Shown one piece after another: positions 39,959 through 48,233 of a stretch of DNA of 62,906 nt (position 1 is its first letter; every line of letters begins with the position of its first letter). The notes under the pieces are model-generated. The model had not been told where the DNA came from. It worked only from the letters and a program-made list of their open reading frames with translations, and made no database searches. The stretch is from an uncultured Pseudomonadota bacterium (GTDB taxonomy: Bacteria > Pseudomonadota > Alphaproteobacteria > RF32 > CAG-239): positions 1 through 62,906 of the forward strand of contig CASERH010000009.1 in NCBI GenBank assembly GCA_949290295.1, read 5' to 3'. The position numbers and the translations under genes are program-made.

Positions 39959-41261
39959 TGAGTTAAAAAAACAAAACATCATCATTTGGGGGCTCGGCTC
40001 AGAGGGGCAAGCTGCCAAAGCTTATCTTGAGCAACACAAAATAACCAATAACATCATGATATATAATGATAGCGATGGTTCAGAAAAGTTTGAGGAACTT
40101 TTATCCAAAGCAGACGTGATTATCCGCTCTCCGGGGGTAAGTATCTATAAAAAAGAAATCGCCAGAGCCAAAGAAATGGGCATCAAGATTACTTCTTGTT
40201 CAGATATATTTTTATCTGAGATGAGAGTAAATCATCCCAACACCAAGGTGATAGGGATTAGCGGCTCTAAGGGCAAAAGCACCAGTGCTAGTATGCTTTT
40301 TCATATGCTGAGAAGGCTTGGATATAATGCCGCACTGGGGGGCAATATCGGCAAGCCGCTGATAGAGCTTTTGGATAAAAATTATGACTATGTGGTTTGC
40401 GAGTTTTCAAGCTACCAGGCAAGTGATTTAAGCGTTTCGCCAGAGATTGTTATGTTTACAAACCTGTTTTCGGTGCATACGGATTGGCATGGTGGTCATG
40501 ATAATTATTGCCGCGACAAAGTACACTTGGCCGCTCATCAGCAAAAGGGAGATGTTTGCGTGGTTAACGCCAACAATGCCCAGCTGGTTGAATACTGCAA
40601 GAACTTGCCCAATGTTGTTTATTATGGCGAAAACACGGGTTTCCATGCCAACGGCAAGGATTTGTATTATAAAGACGAGCTATTGCTAAAGATAGATGAC
40701 CTGCACATCAGCGGCAATCACAATATGGATAATTTGGCCGGTGTCATGACGGTACTGAAACTTTTGGGAATAGATTTTAGAAAAGGGGCAGAAACGCTAA
40801 AGACCTTTGAACCTTTGCCGCATCGCCTGCAAAAAGTCTGCACGATAAATGGGGTTTTGTTTATCAACGATAGTATTTCAACCGCGCCGGAGGCAGCCAT
40901 CAGTGCCATGCAGAGCTTTGATGAGGATATGGCGATAATTTCCGGAGGTATAGAAAATAAGCAGGACTATACGCAATATGCGATGACAATTGAACATAAT
41001 CCAAAGGTGAAGATGGCAGTGACGCTGTTTCAGTGCGGCCCGCAGATAGCGGAGACCTTGCGCCGCATTGTCAAACGCCCTGGGTTCAAGTTGGTTGAGG
41101 CAGAAAATTTGGAAGAGGCAGTGAAACTTGCTTATGAAGAAATGCAAAGAGTCGGCGGCAAGTTGGTATTATTTTCGCCGACGGCACCAAGTTTTGGTTA
41201 TTACAAAAACTTCATGGAGCGTGGCGACGACTTTATCCGCATTGTAAAAGGATTGAAATAG
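39948..41261 (+). CDS. murD: UDP-N-acetylmuramoyl-L-alanine--glutamate ligase (MurD family)
   Basis: N-terminal Rossmann WGLGSEGQA, GISGSKGKSTSASM P-loop, SSYQ, HTDWHG, NMDNLAG and PHRLQ motifs. The ATG at 39948 overlaps the channel gene end by 11 nt. Confidence 0.8.
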   Translation: MLINELKKQNIIIWGLGSEGQAAKAYLEQHKITNNIMIYNDSDGSEKFEELLSKADVIIRSPGVSIYKKEIARAKEMGIKITSCSDIFLSEMRVNHPNTKVIGISGSKGKSTSASMLFHMLRRLGYNAALGGNIGKPLIELLDKNYDYVVCEFSSYQASDLSVSPEIVMFTNLFSVHTDWHGGHDNYCRDKVHLAAHQQKGDVCVVNANNAQLVEYCKNLPNVVYYGENTGFHANGKDLYYKDELLLKIDDLHISGNHNMDNLAGVMTVLKLLGIDFRKGAETLKTFEPLPHRLQKVCTINGVLFINDSISTAPEAAISAMQSFDEDMAIISGGIENKQDYTQYAMTIEHNPKVKMAVTLFQCGPQIAETLRRIVKRPGFKLVEAENLEEAVKLAYEEMQRVGGKLVLFSPTAPSFGYYKNFMERGDDFIRIVKGLK

Positions 41262-41281
41262 AAAAGAGTGTGTAAAAGACT

Positions 41282-41983
41282 ATGGGGTTATTAAAATCTA
41301 TTCGTCGTTGGCTGGATTCTGAGATAAAAATTAGAGTTGATAAAGGCAACCAAATAAAGCTTCCATGTAAGAAAAATTTTAGAACGTTGGATATAAAAAT
41401 TTCCGGCCGGGGTAACATCGTGGAAGTAGGAGATATCGGCGGACATAATAATGAATTGACAATACATGTTTATGGTAACGATAATGTAGTTAAAATAGGA
41501 GAACATAACGGTTTTCACGCTTCAGTAAAAATCGGCTATTGGAAGATGCCTGTAACTGGTGCTATCTTTGAAATCAAAAAGGGATATAGCATTGGTGGTG
41601 CAGATTTTGTAATGATGGAAGATAAAAGCAAGATATCCATTGGCCGAGATTGTCTGATGTCCACAGGTATTGTAATTTGGTGTACGGATACGCATAGTAT
41701 CCTTGATGAAACGGGAAAGTTGCTTAATGAAGGAAAAAGCATAGAGATAGGTGACCATGTATGGATAGGAAAAGATGTCCATATATGCAAGAACAGTTCA
41801 ATAGGAAGTAATTGTGTGGTTGGCTGGAGGAGTGTTGTCACCGGGCATCATCCTGAAAACAATTCTATTTTAGCGGGGGTTCCAGCAAAAGTAGTCAAAA
41901 GGGGAATTAATTGGGATACCAAAGGTCCAAAGGAATATTTAGCTTATTATCTTTCCGAGAATTTTGCTAAAAAAGCAGAATAA
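41282..41983 (+). CDS. left-handed beta-helix (hexapeptide-repeat) acyl/acetyltransferase
   Basis: IGDHVWIGKDVHICKNSSIGSNCVVGWRSVV...GVPAKVV is a hexapeptide pattern; 233 aa. Confidence 0.75.
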   Translation: MGLLKSIRRWLDSEIKIRVDKGNQIKLPCKKNFRTLDIKISGRGNIVEVGDIGGHNNELTIHVYGNDNVVKIGEHNGFHASVKIGYWKMPVTGAIFEIKKGYSIGGADFVMMEDKSKISIGRDCLMSTGIVIWCTDTHSILDETGKLLNEGKSIEIGDHVWIGKDVHICKNSSIGSNCVVGWRSVVTGHHPENNSILAGVPAKVVKRGINWDTKGPKEYLAYYLSENFAKKAE

Positions 41984-42026
41984 AGGCTTGCTAAATAAGA
42001 ATCTATGATGTAAATAGGTAAGCAAC

Positions 42027-42089
<63 letters not shown>

Positions 42090-42102
<13 letters not shown>

Positions 42103-42296
42103 TTTTTCAAGCGCCCTTTTTTAGAGGGCGTTTTTTTATTTTGAGAGGCGAAGATATTATCAAAGCAAAATTGATAGTATTCCCAAGAGATTTTGTTTTG
42201 CGTCTGAGGAGGAGAGGGCATTTTGAAGGTATCAAAAAGCTTGATTTCGTCTTCTTCAACATCTTGGTAAGTGTAAGAATTTTTTGCCTTGTCCAT
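42090..42296 (-). CDS. hypothetical small protein (68 aa) at the tRNA-proximal end of the element
   Basis: A strong SD (AGGAGG) lies 8 nt upstream of the ATG at 42296. The reading frame runs through the tRNA-Thr terminator and the last 13 nt of the tRNA, so the C-terminus is uncertain. Confidence 0.4.
42112..42137 (+). terminator. rho-independent terminator after tRNA-Thr
   Basis: CGCCCT-N7-AGGGCG followed by T7. Confidence 0.75.
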
Positions 42297-42324
42297 AAGA
42301 AATCCTCCTAAAAAGAAAATAATT

Positions 42325-42591
42325 TTAATAGCATATGGTTTTGATTTGGTCGCCAAGCCACGCATCTGCGCCCTGATTAATAAAATTGCGAAAAGCTTTT
42401 ATTTCAGGGATGTCTTGAGTGTTGAGCCAGTCACAAAGTTGCCAATCGGGCATATCGTTGATGTAGTCGCAAAAAGCCAAAACCAGATTAATTCTGCGGG
42501 CATAAGGGAGAGCATCGTCCGTAAAGTTCACCTCAAAATAGGTAAACATATCGGCGGCAATATTTTTGAACTTTTGATTTTTAATAAACAT
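42325..42591 (-). CDS. hypothetical protein (88 aa), downstream of the repressor
   Basis: Intact ORF on the repressor strand, preceded by a 14-bp perfect palindrome. No recognisable motif. Confidence 0.5.
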   Translation of the reverse strand: MFIKNQKFKNIAADMFTYFEVNFTDDALPYARRINLVLAFCDYINDMPDWQLCDWLNTQDIPEIKAFRNFINQGADAWLGDQIKTICY

Positions 42592-42594
42592 AAC

Positions 42595-42627
42595 GATTCA
42601 TCCGTATAACAACTATACGGATGAATC
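42595..42627. promoter_or_regulatory. perfect 14-bp inverted repeat (GATTCATCCGTATA-acaac-TATACGGATGAATC)
   Basis: Seen directly. It sits 3 nt upstream of the 88-aa gene start. It overlaps the -10/+1 of a minus-strand TTGACC-18-TAGATT promoter-like site (-35 at 42648-42653). Confidence 0.55.
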
Positions 42628-42662
42628 TACGATAAAAGTATTTGAGGGGTCAAGATAAAAAT

Positions 42663-42677
42663 ATACGCTGTGCGTAT
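42663..42677. promoter_or_regulatory. operator-like palindrome ATACG-N5-CGTAT
   Basis: ATACGCTGTGCGTAT, 5 nt downstream of the repressor stop. It has the same half-sites as the sites in the divergent control region. Confidence 0.45.
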
Positions 42678-42681
42678 CTTT

Positions 42682-43488
42682 TTAAATACGCTTAATCAAA
42701 CCGACAACACGTCCTATGATACGACATTCGTCTATTGAGCGCTCATAGGTGCTGTGCTTTGGGTTGTCGGAAATAATTTTCAGAGTCTGCGGGTCGCTGT
42801 TGGGAATAAGCTCGATTCGCTTAATCGCTACACCCAGTCCGTCCCAAAGGGCAAAGACACCGGCCGGAGAGGGGATTCGCCCCTTGGCAGAGGTATCAAC
42901 AATAACCTTGTCGCCGGTGGCAATAGTTGGGTACATGCTATCGCCCAAGGCCTCAATGATGTAGACATTTTTGGTCTGCACGTTCATCTCACTCAAGTAT
43001 TCGGAAGGAATCCTCCAATTATCTTTAATACGGCGAGTAGAAAGGTTGTCCGCATTATAGTTATAAGAAATGTCGTTTAAGAATCCGGTGGAGATATCCC
43101 AAGTATCTTTAATGTTGTCTTGAGAGATTGTGTTACCAAACTCATCGGTTGTGTTAATGAGGTTTGCGCCCGAGGCGTTGCCGCAACCACCGTAGACGTC
43201 AATTTCAGGAATAGAGTTTTCCGGCTCGCGGTAAGCATAGTCGGATTCGTTTTTACTCAAGAACTGAACATCATCAGACAAGCCGGAGTTAAAATCGAGC
43301 ATACTGTCGAGTCTCACCCTGAGAATCGCAGCAGCTTTAGCGACTCTGTCTAAGGGGATGGCTTTTGTTTTTCCTGAAAAAAGTTCATATATGCGGCTTG
43401 GCGGCCAGCTCAAATCTTTTGCGAATCGGGAGGGATTGCTTCCGAGTTCTGTTAGTCTTTCTCTTAGCCAATTCCATCGTTGTTGCAT
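42682..43488 (-). CDS. phage repressor, XRE-type HTH fused to an S24 (LexA-like) autopeptidase domain
   Basis: N-terminal HTH (SRFAKDLSWPPSRIYELFSG). C-terminal ALGDSMYPTI (Ser nucleophile) and VAIKRI (Lys). 268 aa with an SD (AAGGAG). Confidence 0.85.
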   Translation of the reverse strand: MQQRWNWLRERLTELGSNPSRFAKDLSWPPSRIYELFSGKTKAIPLDRVAKAAAILRVRLDSMLDFNSGLSDDVQFLSKNESDYAYREPENSIPEIDVYGGCGNASGANLINTTDEFGNTISQDNIKDTWDISTGFLNDISYNYNADNLSTRRIKDNWRIPSEYLSEMNVQTKNVYIIEALGDSMYPTIATGDKVIVDTSAKGRIPSPAGVFALWDGLGVAIKRIELIPNSDPQTLKIISDNPKHSTYERSIDECRIIGRVVGLIKRI

Positions 43489-43519
43489 AACTATGGCTCC
43501 TTATAAGTTTTTGTTTTTA

Positions 43520-43608
43520 ATACGAAAAGAGTATCTTTTAAAATGCATTTTGTAAATATACGAACAGTGTAGAAAAAAGCACTTGACTTGCCGATACGCA
43601 AATCGTAT
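43520..43608. promoter_or_regulatory. three tandem operator-like sites (ATAC-N7-GTAT family) in the divergent control region, overlapping a rightward promoter
   Basis: 43594-43608 ATACGCAAATCGTAT is perfect. 43558-43572 ATACGAACAGTGTAG is imperfect. 43520-43534 ATACGAAAAGAGTAT is near-perfect. Centres are 36-38 nt apart. TTGACT at 43583-43588 places the first site in the promoter spacer. Confidence 0.5.
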
Positions 43609-43661
43609 TTAATATATACTATAATAGTTATTAATATTTTATTTACAAGAGGAAAAATGCC

Positions 43662-44111
43662 ATGAATACCGCAAAAACGCATTCAAATTGCCTGAAAAAG
43701 AAAGAAATTTCAGAGCCGTTGTTGTATCGGCGTCGCCTGCAAGATATCAGAATTTGGCGTCATATCAGCGAAAAAGGGTTTGAAAGAGTAGCGGTAAGGC
43801 TATGCCAGGGATATAAATTTATCTGCTGGGGAGGCAGAATGAGAACATCATCTTGGTCAGAGAAAATATCTCGCAGTTACCATCAAGACGTAGACAGTTT
43901 CAATAACGATTCGCTGGATTATCTTATGCACTGCAAGAAAGATTATTTGCATTGGGCAGAGGCTTGCGAGCAAGAAGGGGTTAATCACAGAGCGGTGATG
44001 GAGATAATTTTTTTTGGTCGCAATACGGCAGAAGTAGAGAAGATGTTTCGGCATCGTCATGGCTGGGCATTAAAGAATATGATGCAAGCCTTTGAATTAT
44101 ATAGGAAATAG
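43662..44111 (+). CDS. putative late-gene regulator (Q-like antiterminator or sigma-region-4-like activator)
   Basis: 149 aa, divergent from the repressor and immediately upstream of a promoter-terminator leader. The C-terminal R.V.EIIFFG....EVE......GWA.K....A segment resembles a sigma70 region-4 HTH. Several Cys/His are present. Confidence 0.45.
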   Translation: MNTAKTHSNCLKKKEISEPLLYRRRLQDIRIWRHISEKGFERVAVRLCQGYKFICWGGRMRTSSWSEKISRSYHQDVDSFNNDSLDYLMHCKKDYLHWAEACEQEGVNHRAVMEIIFFGRNTAEVEKMFRHRHGWALKNMMQAFELYRK

Positions 44112-44130
44112 CAAAAGTTATCCACAGGGC

Positions 44131-44157
44131 TTGACAAACGGGGAGAAAAGTTATACA
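44131..44157 (+). promoter_or_regulatory. candidate late promoter (TTGACA ... TATACA, short 15-nt spacer)
   Basis: Consensus -35 at 44131-44136 with the best -10 hexamer at 44152-44157. CGTATAC-tagaatt-CGTATAT repeats follow at 44163-44183. Confidence 0.35.
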
Positions 44158-44207
44158 AAAAACGTATACTAGAATTCGTATATCCTTTTGGGGAAAAGTT
44201 TTAATTT

Positions 44208-44240
44208 ACCGGTGCCGGTGTTGAAGGCGCCGGTTTTTTT
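44208..44240 (+). terminator. strong intrinsic terminator in the leader upstream of the terminase gene
   Basis: ACCGGTGCC-N9-GGCGCCGGT (9-bp GC-rich stem) followed by T7, 48 nt before the TerL ATG. Confidence 0.8.
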
Positions 44241-44287
44241 ATGCCGAATTTATCGGTAGGGGAGATTAAGAAAGAAGGGGAAGAATA

Positions 44288-45796
44288 ATGACAACAAAAG
44301 CCGGAAGAAATAAGGTAATGGGAGGGAGCGTCGAAAAGTCTGACGCGATGATGGTCAACAAGAGAGAAAAAGGCAGCCCAAGGAAAATAAAAAAATCTGC
44401 CTCCAGGGAAGCAAAGACCATCATTGGGGAAGTCATTTCTTCCGGCCGCAAAGCACCAAAAAAGCGAGTTCAAAAATCAGAAGAGTTAAAGATAGAAATA
44501 GCCGAGGTTTTCAAACCTCTGTTGAGTGAGGCCTGGCGCGTAAAGTTTTATTATGGCGGCAGAGGCGGCGGTAAATCTTATGCCTTTGCTGACAGCTTGC
44601 TTCTTTTAGGGCGGCAAAAAAAATTGTTTATAGCCTGCCTGCGGGAGATCCAAGACAGCATCAAAGATTCGGTCTACAAATTGCTGTGTGATAGAATTTC
44701 TGCTTGGGGGTTAACCGATTATAAGATTTATGAAAACAGAATAGAAAACAAAGTAACCGGCACGCGCTTTATCTTCAGAGGCCTAAGAGATCAAGATATA
44801 AACAATATTAAATCTTTGGAAGGTGTGGATATTGCTTGGATAGAAGAAGCGCACACCATCACCAAAAAATCTTGGAATATTCTAAGCCCGACCATTCGCA
44901 AAAACGGCTCAGAGATTTGGATATCCATGAACCGAGAAGAAGAGAATGATCCTTTGTGGGTGTTGGTGGGCAGCAAACCAGATGAGCGAACTTTGGTACG
45001 CAAAGTGAATTATTATGATAACCCGTTTTGTCCGGAGGAGCTTAAACTTCAGGCTGAAAAATGCAAGCGTGAAAGTCCCGAGGACTATGAGCACATCTGG
45101 CTTGGCGAGCCGATAAGGCAAGGAAATTATAAGCTGATATCCTCTCAAAGGGTTAAGGATGCTTTTGTAAAAAAGATGGATTCTTCAACTTCCCCCTTGG
45201 TCATTGGGTTGGATATTGCCCGCTTTGGCGATGACAAGACCTCATTTTGTTTCAGACGCGGGCGTTGGTGTATGAAATTTGAGACTTATAAGAAATTGGA
45301 TAATGTGGAGGTTGCCAATGTCACCACCAATTTCATCCGCCAATATCAGCCCTATCGAATATTTATGGATGTCGGCGGGCAGGGAGCCGGTGTGTATGAT
45401 ATCTTAAAAGACCGAGGTTATGGTGAGATTATCCGCGGTGTCTATTTTGGGGAGAAAGCCCTAAACGACGAGCGTTATTATAACCGCCGTGCCGAGATGT
45501 GGGATGAGATAAGACACTGGCTGGACCAAAAGCCACCGGTGGAGCTGCCGCAAGATGAAGAACTTTTGGATGATTTGACTTCCATCAATAAAAAATATGA
45601 CCAAAGAGGCCGCCTGCGCCTAGAGGAAAAAGATGAGTTGAAAAAACGCTTGGGCCGCTCTCCCGACAAGGGCGATGCCTTGGCTCTGACCTTTGCTGAG
45701 CCGGTATATGACACCGGCCAACCGAGATTATACGGCAATGGGCAGGTGACATTTGAAGATTTATTTAAAGCACAATCAAGGAGTGTTGAATGGTAA
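44288..45796 (+). CDS. terminase large subunit (PBSX/Terminase_3-like) with a basic N-terminal extension
   Basis: Walker A YYGGRGGGKSYAF sits at residues ~88-100 and Walker B-like DIAWIEEA follows. The C-terminal nuclease region has GLDIARFGDD. The first ~65 aa are Lys/Arg-rich. Confidence 0.85.
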   Translation: MTTKAGRNKVMGGSVEKSDAMMVNKREKGSPRKIKKSASREAKTIIGEVISSGRKAPKKRVQKSEELKIEIAEVFKPLLSEAWRVKFYYGGRGGGKSYAFADSLLLLGRQKKLFIACLREIQDSIKDSVYKLLCDRISAWGLTDYKIYENRIENKVTGTRFIFRGLRDQDINNIKSLEGVDIAWIEEAHTITKKSWNILSPTIRKNGSEIWISMNREEENDPLWVLVGSKPDERTLVRKVNYYDNPFCPEELKLQAEKCKRESPEDYEHIWLGEPIRQGNYKLISSQRVKDAFVKKMDSSTSPLVIGLDIARFGDDKTSFCFRRGRWCMKFETYKKLDNVEVANVTTNFIRQYQPYRIFMDVGGQGAGVYDILKDRGYGEIIRGVYFGEKALNDERYYNRRAEMWDEIRHWLDQKPPVELPQDEELLDDLTSINKKYDQRGRLRLEEKDELKKRLGRSPDKGDALALTFAEPVYDTGQPRLYGNGQVTFEDLFKAQSRSVEW

Positions 45797-46047
45797 AAGC
45801 AGTAATGGACCGAGTTTTTATTCGGCTTGATGCAAAAGAAACCGCCACCAGGGGCGGTATTATTTTAACCGATGACCATGATTATGAGCGCACCATCGGC
45901 GTGGTCGAGAGTGTGGGCCCAAGCGTCAAAAGCGTCAAGGTTGGGGACAGAGTTTTGTTTCACGTTTTTGATGAGCTTCCCTCTTATGATCCTGATGTTG
46001 TTGTCGTGCGTGAGAATTCTTTACTAGGAGTATTTGAAAATGACTAA
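45790..46047 (+). CDS. GroES/Cpn10-like co-chaperonin
   Basis: 85 aa. The pattern DRVFIRL...TRGGIIL......IGVVESVGP......VKVGDRVLF matches the GroES fold. Its start overlaps the TerL stop (ATGGTAA). Confidence 0.65.
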   Translation: MVKAVMDRVFIRLDAKETATRGGIILTDDHDYERTIGVVESVGPSVKSVKVGDRVLFHVFDELPSYDPDVVVVRENSLLGVFEND

Positions 46048-47959
46048 ACAGCAAGAAGTTGAGAAATGGCTGAAAAAAATTTCCGTCGCGGAAAAAAAGT
46101 ATAATGATTATTACGAGCTGATAAAAGAGACCAGAGAGTTTTATAAAGACAACAGAGGCATGAGCCGCAGAGACGGACACTATAACATTTTTTGGTCAAC
46201 GGTTGAAACACTCAAGCCCTTTCTCTATTTCAAACAACCAAAACCATATATTGAGCGAGGCAACAAATCTGCCAACAAGGCGGAGAAACTTGCCTGCGAT
46301 ATTTTGACCAAAGCGCTTGAGTGGGATTTGCAGCAATTTGATTTTGACAGCATCATAAAATATGCGCGCAATGACTTTTTAATCAGCGGTTGCGGCATTA
46401 TCTGGGAGAGATATCAGCCGGAGTTCAAACAAATTCCGGCCGCCTTTGTGCCGGATAAAACCATCGAGGTAAAAAGCTCTGAAAAAGTCATTTCCGAATA
46501 TGTTAACCCGGAGCATTTTTTGGCAGATTGTGACCAAGTCGGCATTTGGGAAGATGTGAGTTGGATTGCCCGCAAGATTTTCATGACCAAACAAGAGGCC
46601 GTAGATATTTTCGGAGAGGCCGCTTGTATTAATCTGGTGGAGGCAAATGAGAAAGACTATGAGAACAAAGAAGTTTGCATCTACGAGGTCTGGGACAAAC
46701 CAAGCCGCAAGGTTTATTGGTTGGCCAAAGAAAAAACGGATGACTTTTTGAAAGTCGCAGAAAATCCCTTGCACGTGAGCGGATTCTTTCCATGCCCAAA
46801 ACCGATTTTTGCCACCCTAACCAACGACAGCATCATCCCGGTTCCGGATTATTGCCTGATAAAAGAATTGCTAAGTGAGCTCAACGGGATAAATACCAGA
46901 ATGCGCCTGACCATGCAGGCCTTAAAAGTGAGCGGTGCTTATGATAATTCTTTTCCGGAATTGGCTAGTATTTTGAACAAGGATGTCACTTTGGTTGCCG
47001 CCAAAGATTTCCAAAGATTGAAAGATGCCGGCGGCTTGAAGGGAATTTTGGATTTTGTTCCCATTGAGCAATATATCACGGCCCTAGAGCAGTTATCCGC
47101 TCGCCGCCAAGATGTCATTACTCAGATTTATGAAGTCACCGGAGTTTCAGACATCATGCGCGGCAGTGCCAACAGCAGTGAGACAGCAACCGCCGTCACC
47201 AAAAAGACCAACTTCGGCACCTTGCGCAATCAAGACCGCCAAAATGATATGCAACGCTTTATCAAAGATTTGTTTGCCATCAAGGCAGAAATTATTTGTG
47301 AGCAGTTTTCAGCCCAGACATTGCTTGCCTTTCTTCCGGCAGAAAACCGTGGAACACCGGAGGCTTTGGCCGCGGTTGCTTTGCTCAAAGATGAGAAAAT
47401 GCGAGGCATGTGCCTGGATATTGAAAACGACAATGTTTTCAATGCCGATGAAGAGGCTCAAAAGATTTTAGAAGGCATCAAATCCATCAACGAGTTGGTC
47501 GGAGCGGCGTTGCCAAACGTGAGCCAACAGCCGTTGTTGCTGCCGCTATACAAGAGCATGATAGAAGCTGTTTGTGCGGCTCTGCCGAAAGCACGTCCGT
47601 TTGAGGCAGTGATAGAGAAAGTGTTTAACGATGTTGCCGCCGAGCTCTCCAAGCCAGAACAGCCGCAGCCGAATCAGCAGTTGCAAATAGAGCAAGATAA
47701 ATTGGCCATAGAAAGAGAGAAGAATCAGCTAAAATCGAGAGAGCTTGATATCAAGGCCAAGAGCGAGGAAGCCAAGTTGCGGCTGACCGAGCAAGAGATG
47801 AGATTGCAAAGCGGTCTAAAAGTTCAGCAGCTCTCAGATGAAAGGAAAAAACAGGCAGACAAAAGCGATCCGGTTGTGATTCATGAGAAAGAGCCGTTGC
47901 CGGTACCGTCCAAGAAAGTAGATACCAACATCAGCACCGGCCTTGTCAAAGGATTTTAG
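46040..47959 (+). CDS. portal protein (putative) with a C-terminal coiled-coil/basic tail
   Basis: ~640 aa, directly after TerL, with an SD (AGGAG) 9 nt upstream of the ATG at 46040. Called from size and position. Confidence 0.6.
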   Translation: MTKQQEVEKWLKKISVAEKKYNDYYELIKETREFYKDNRGMSRRDGHYNIFWSTVETLKPFLYFKQPKPYIERGNKSANKAEKLACDILTKALEWDLQQFDFDSIIKYARNDFLISGCGIIWERYQPEFKQIPAAFVPDKTIEVKSSEKVISEYVNPEHFLADCDQVGIWEDVSWIARKIFMTKQEAVDIFGEAACINLVEANEKDYENKEVCIYEVWDKPSRKVYWLAKEKTDDFLKVAENPLHVSGFFPCPKPIFATLTNDSIIPVPDYCLIKELLSELNGINTRMRLTMQALKVSGAYDNSFPELASILNKDVTLVAAKDFQRLKDAGGLKGILDFVPIEQYITALEQLSARRQDVITQIYEVTGVSDIMRGSANSSETATAVTKKTNFGTLRNQDRQNDMQRFIKDLFAIKAEIICEQFSAQTLLAFLPAENRGTPEALAAVALLKDEKMRGMCLDIENDNVFNADEEAQKILEGIKSINELVGAALPNVSQQPLLLPLYKSMIEAVCAALPKARPFEAVIEKVFNDVAAELSKPEQPQPNQQLQIEQDKLAIEREKNQLKSRELDIKAKSEEAKLRLTEQEMRLQSGLKVQQLSDERKKQADKSDPVVIHEKEPLPVPSKKVDTNISTGLVKGF

Positions 47960-47970
47960 GAGCAAAGCCA

Positions 47971-48180
47971 ATGACCATCAAAAAGAGCAAATTAACTTTT
48001 GAGGATATATTAGAAGAGTTGGAAGAGGCCAGAAAGTTGGCGGTTCAGAATGAATCGCCGACAGCGGCCATTTCAGCCTCATTGGGCAAGGCAAAGGTTT
48101 TGGCGCTGATAAATGATAAAATTGCGGCAAAACCGAGCACAGAAGACGCCTACAAACAAATTTTGGTTGAATTTATTTAG
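47971..48180 (+). CDS. hypothetical phage protein (69 aa)
   Basis: SD plus ATG; acidic helical protein with no motif. Confidence 0.5.
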   Translation: MTIKKSKLTFEDILEELEEARKLAVQNESPTAAISASLGKAKVLALINDKIAAKPSTEDAYKQILVEFI

Positions 48181-48196
48181 AGCATATCGGCGTTTT
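48179..48196 (+). repeat. 18-nt direct repeat, left copy (AGAGCATATCGGCGTTTT), flanking the moron
   Basis: Identical to 49269-49286. The left copy is a decayed version of the terminator hairpin found at the right copy. Confidence 0.8.
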
Positions 48197-48233
48197 ATAA
48201 AAAAACACCGACTAAAATAGCAAAGGATAAAAA

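Noticed and set aside
44118-44126. Perfect DnaA-box 9-mer TTATCCACA just upstream of the candidate late promoter, which might mark a replication origin for the element.
   Set aside because: It is a single isolated copy with no clustered boxes or AT-rich unwinding element. One exact 9-mer in ~126 kb of two-strand sequence is close to the chance expectation.
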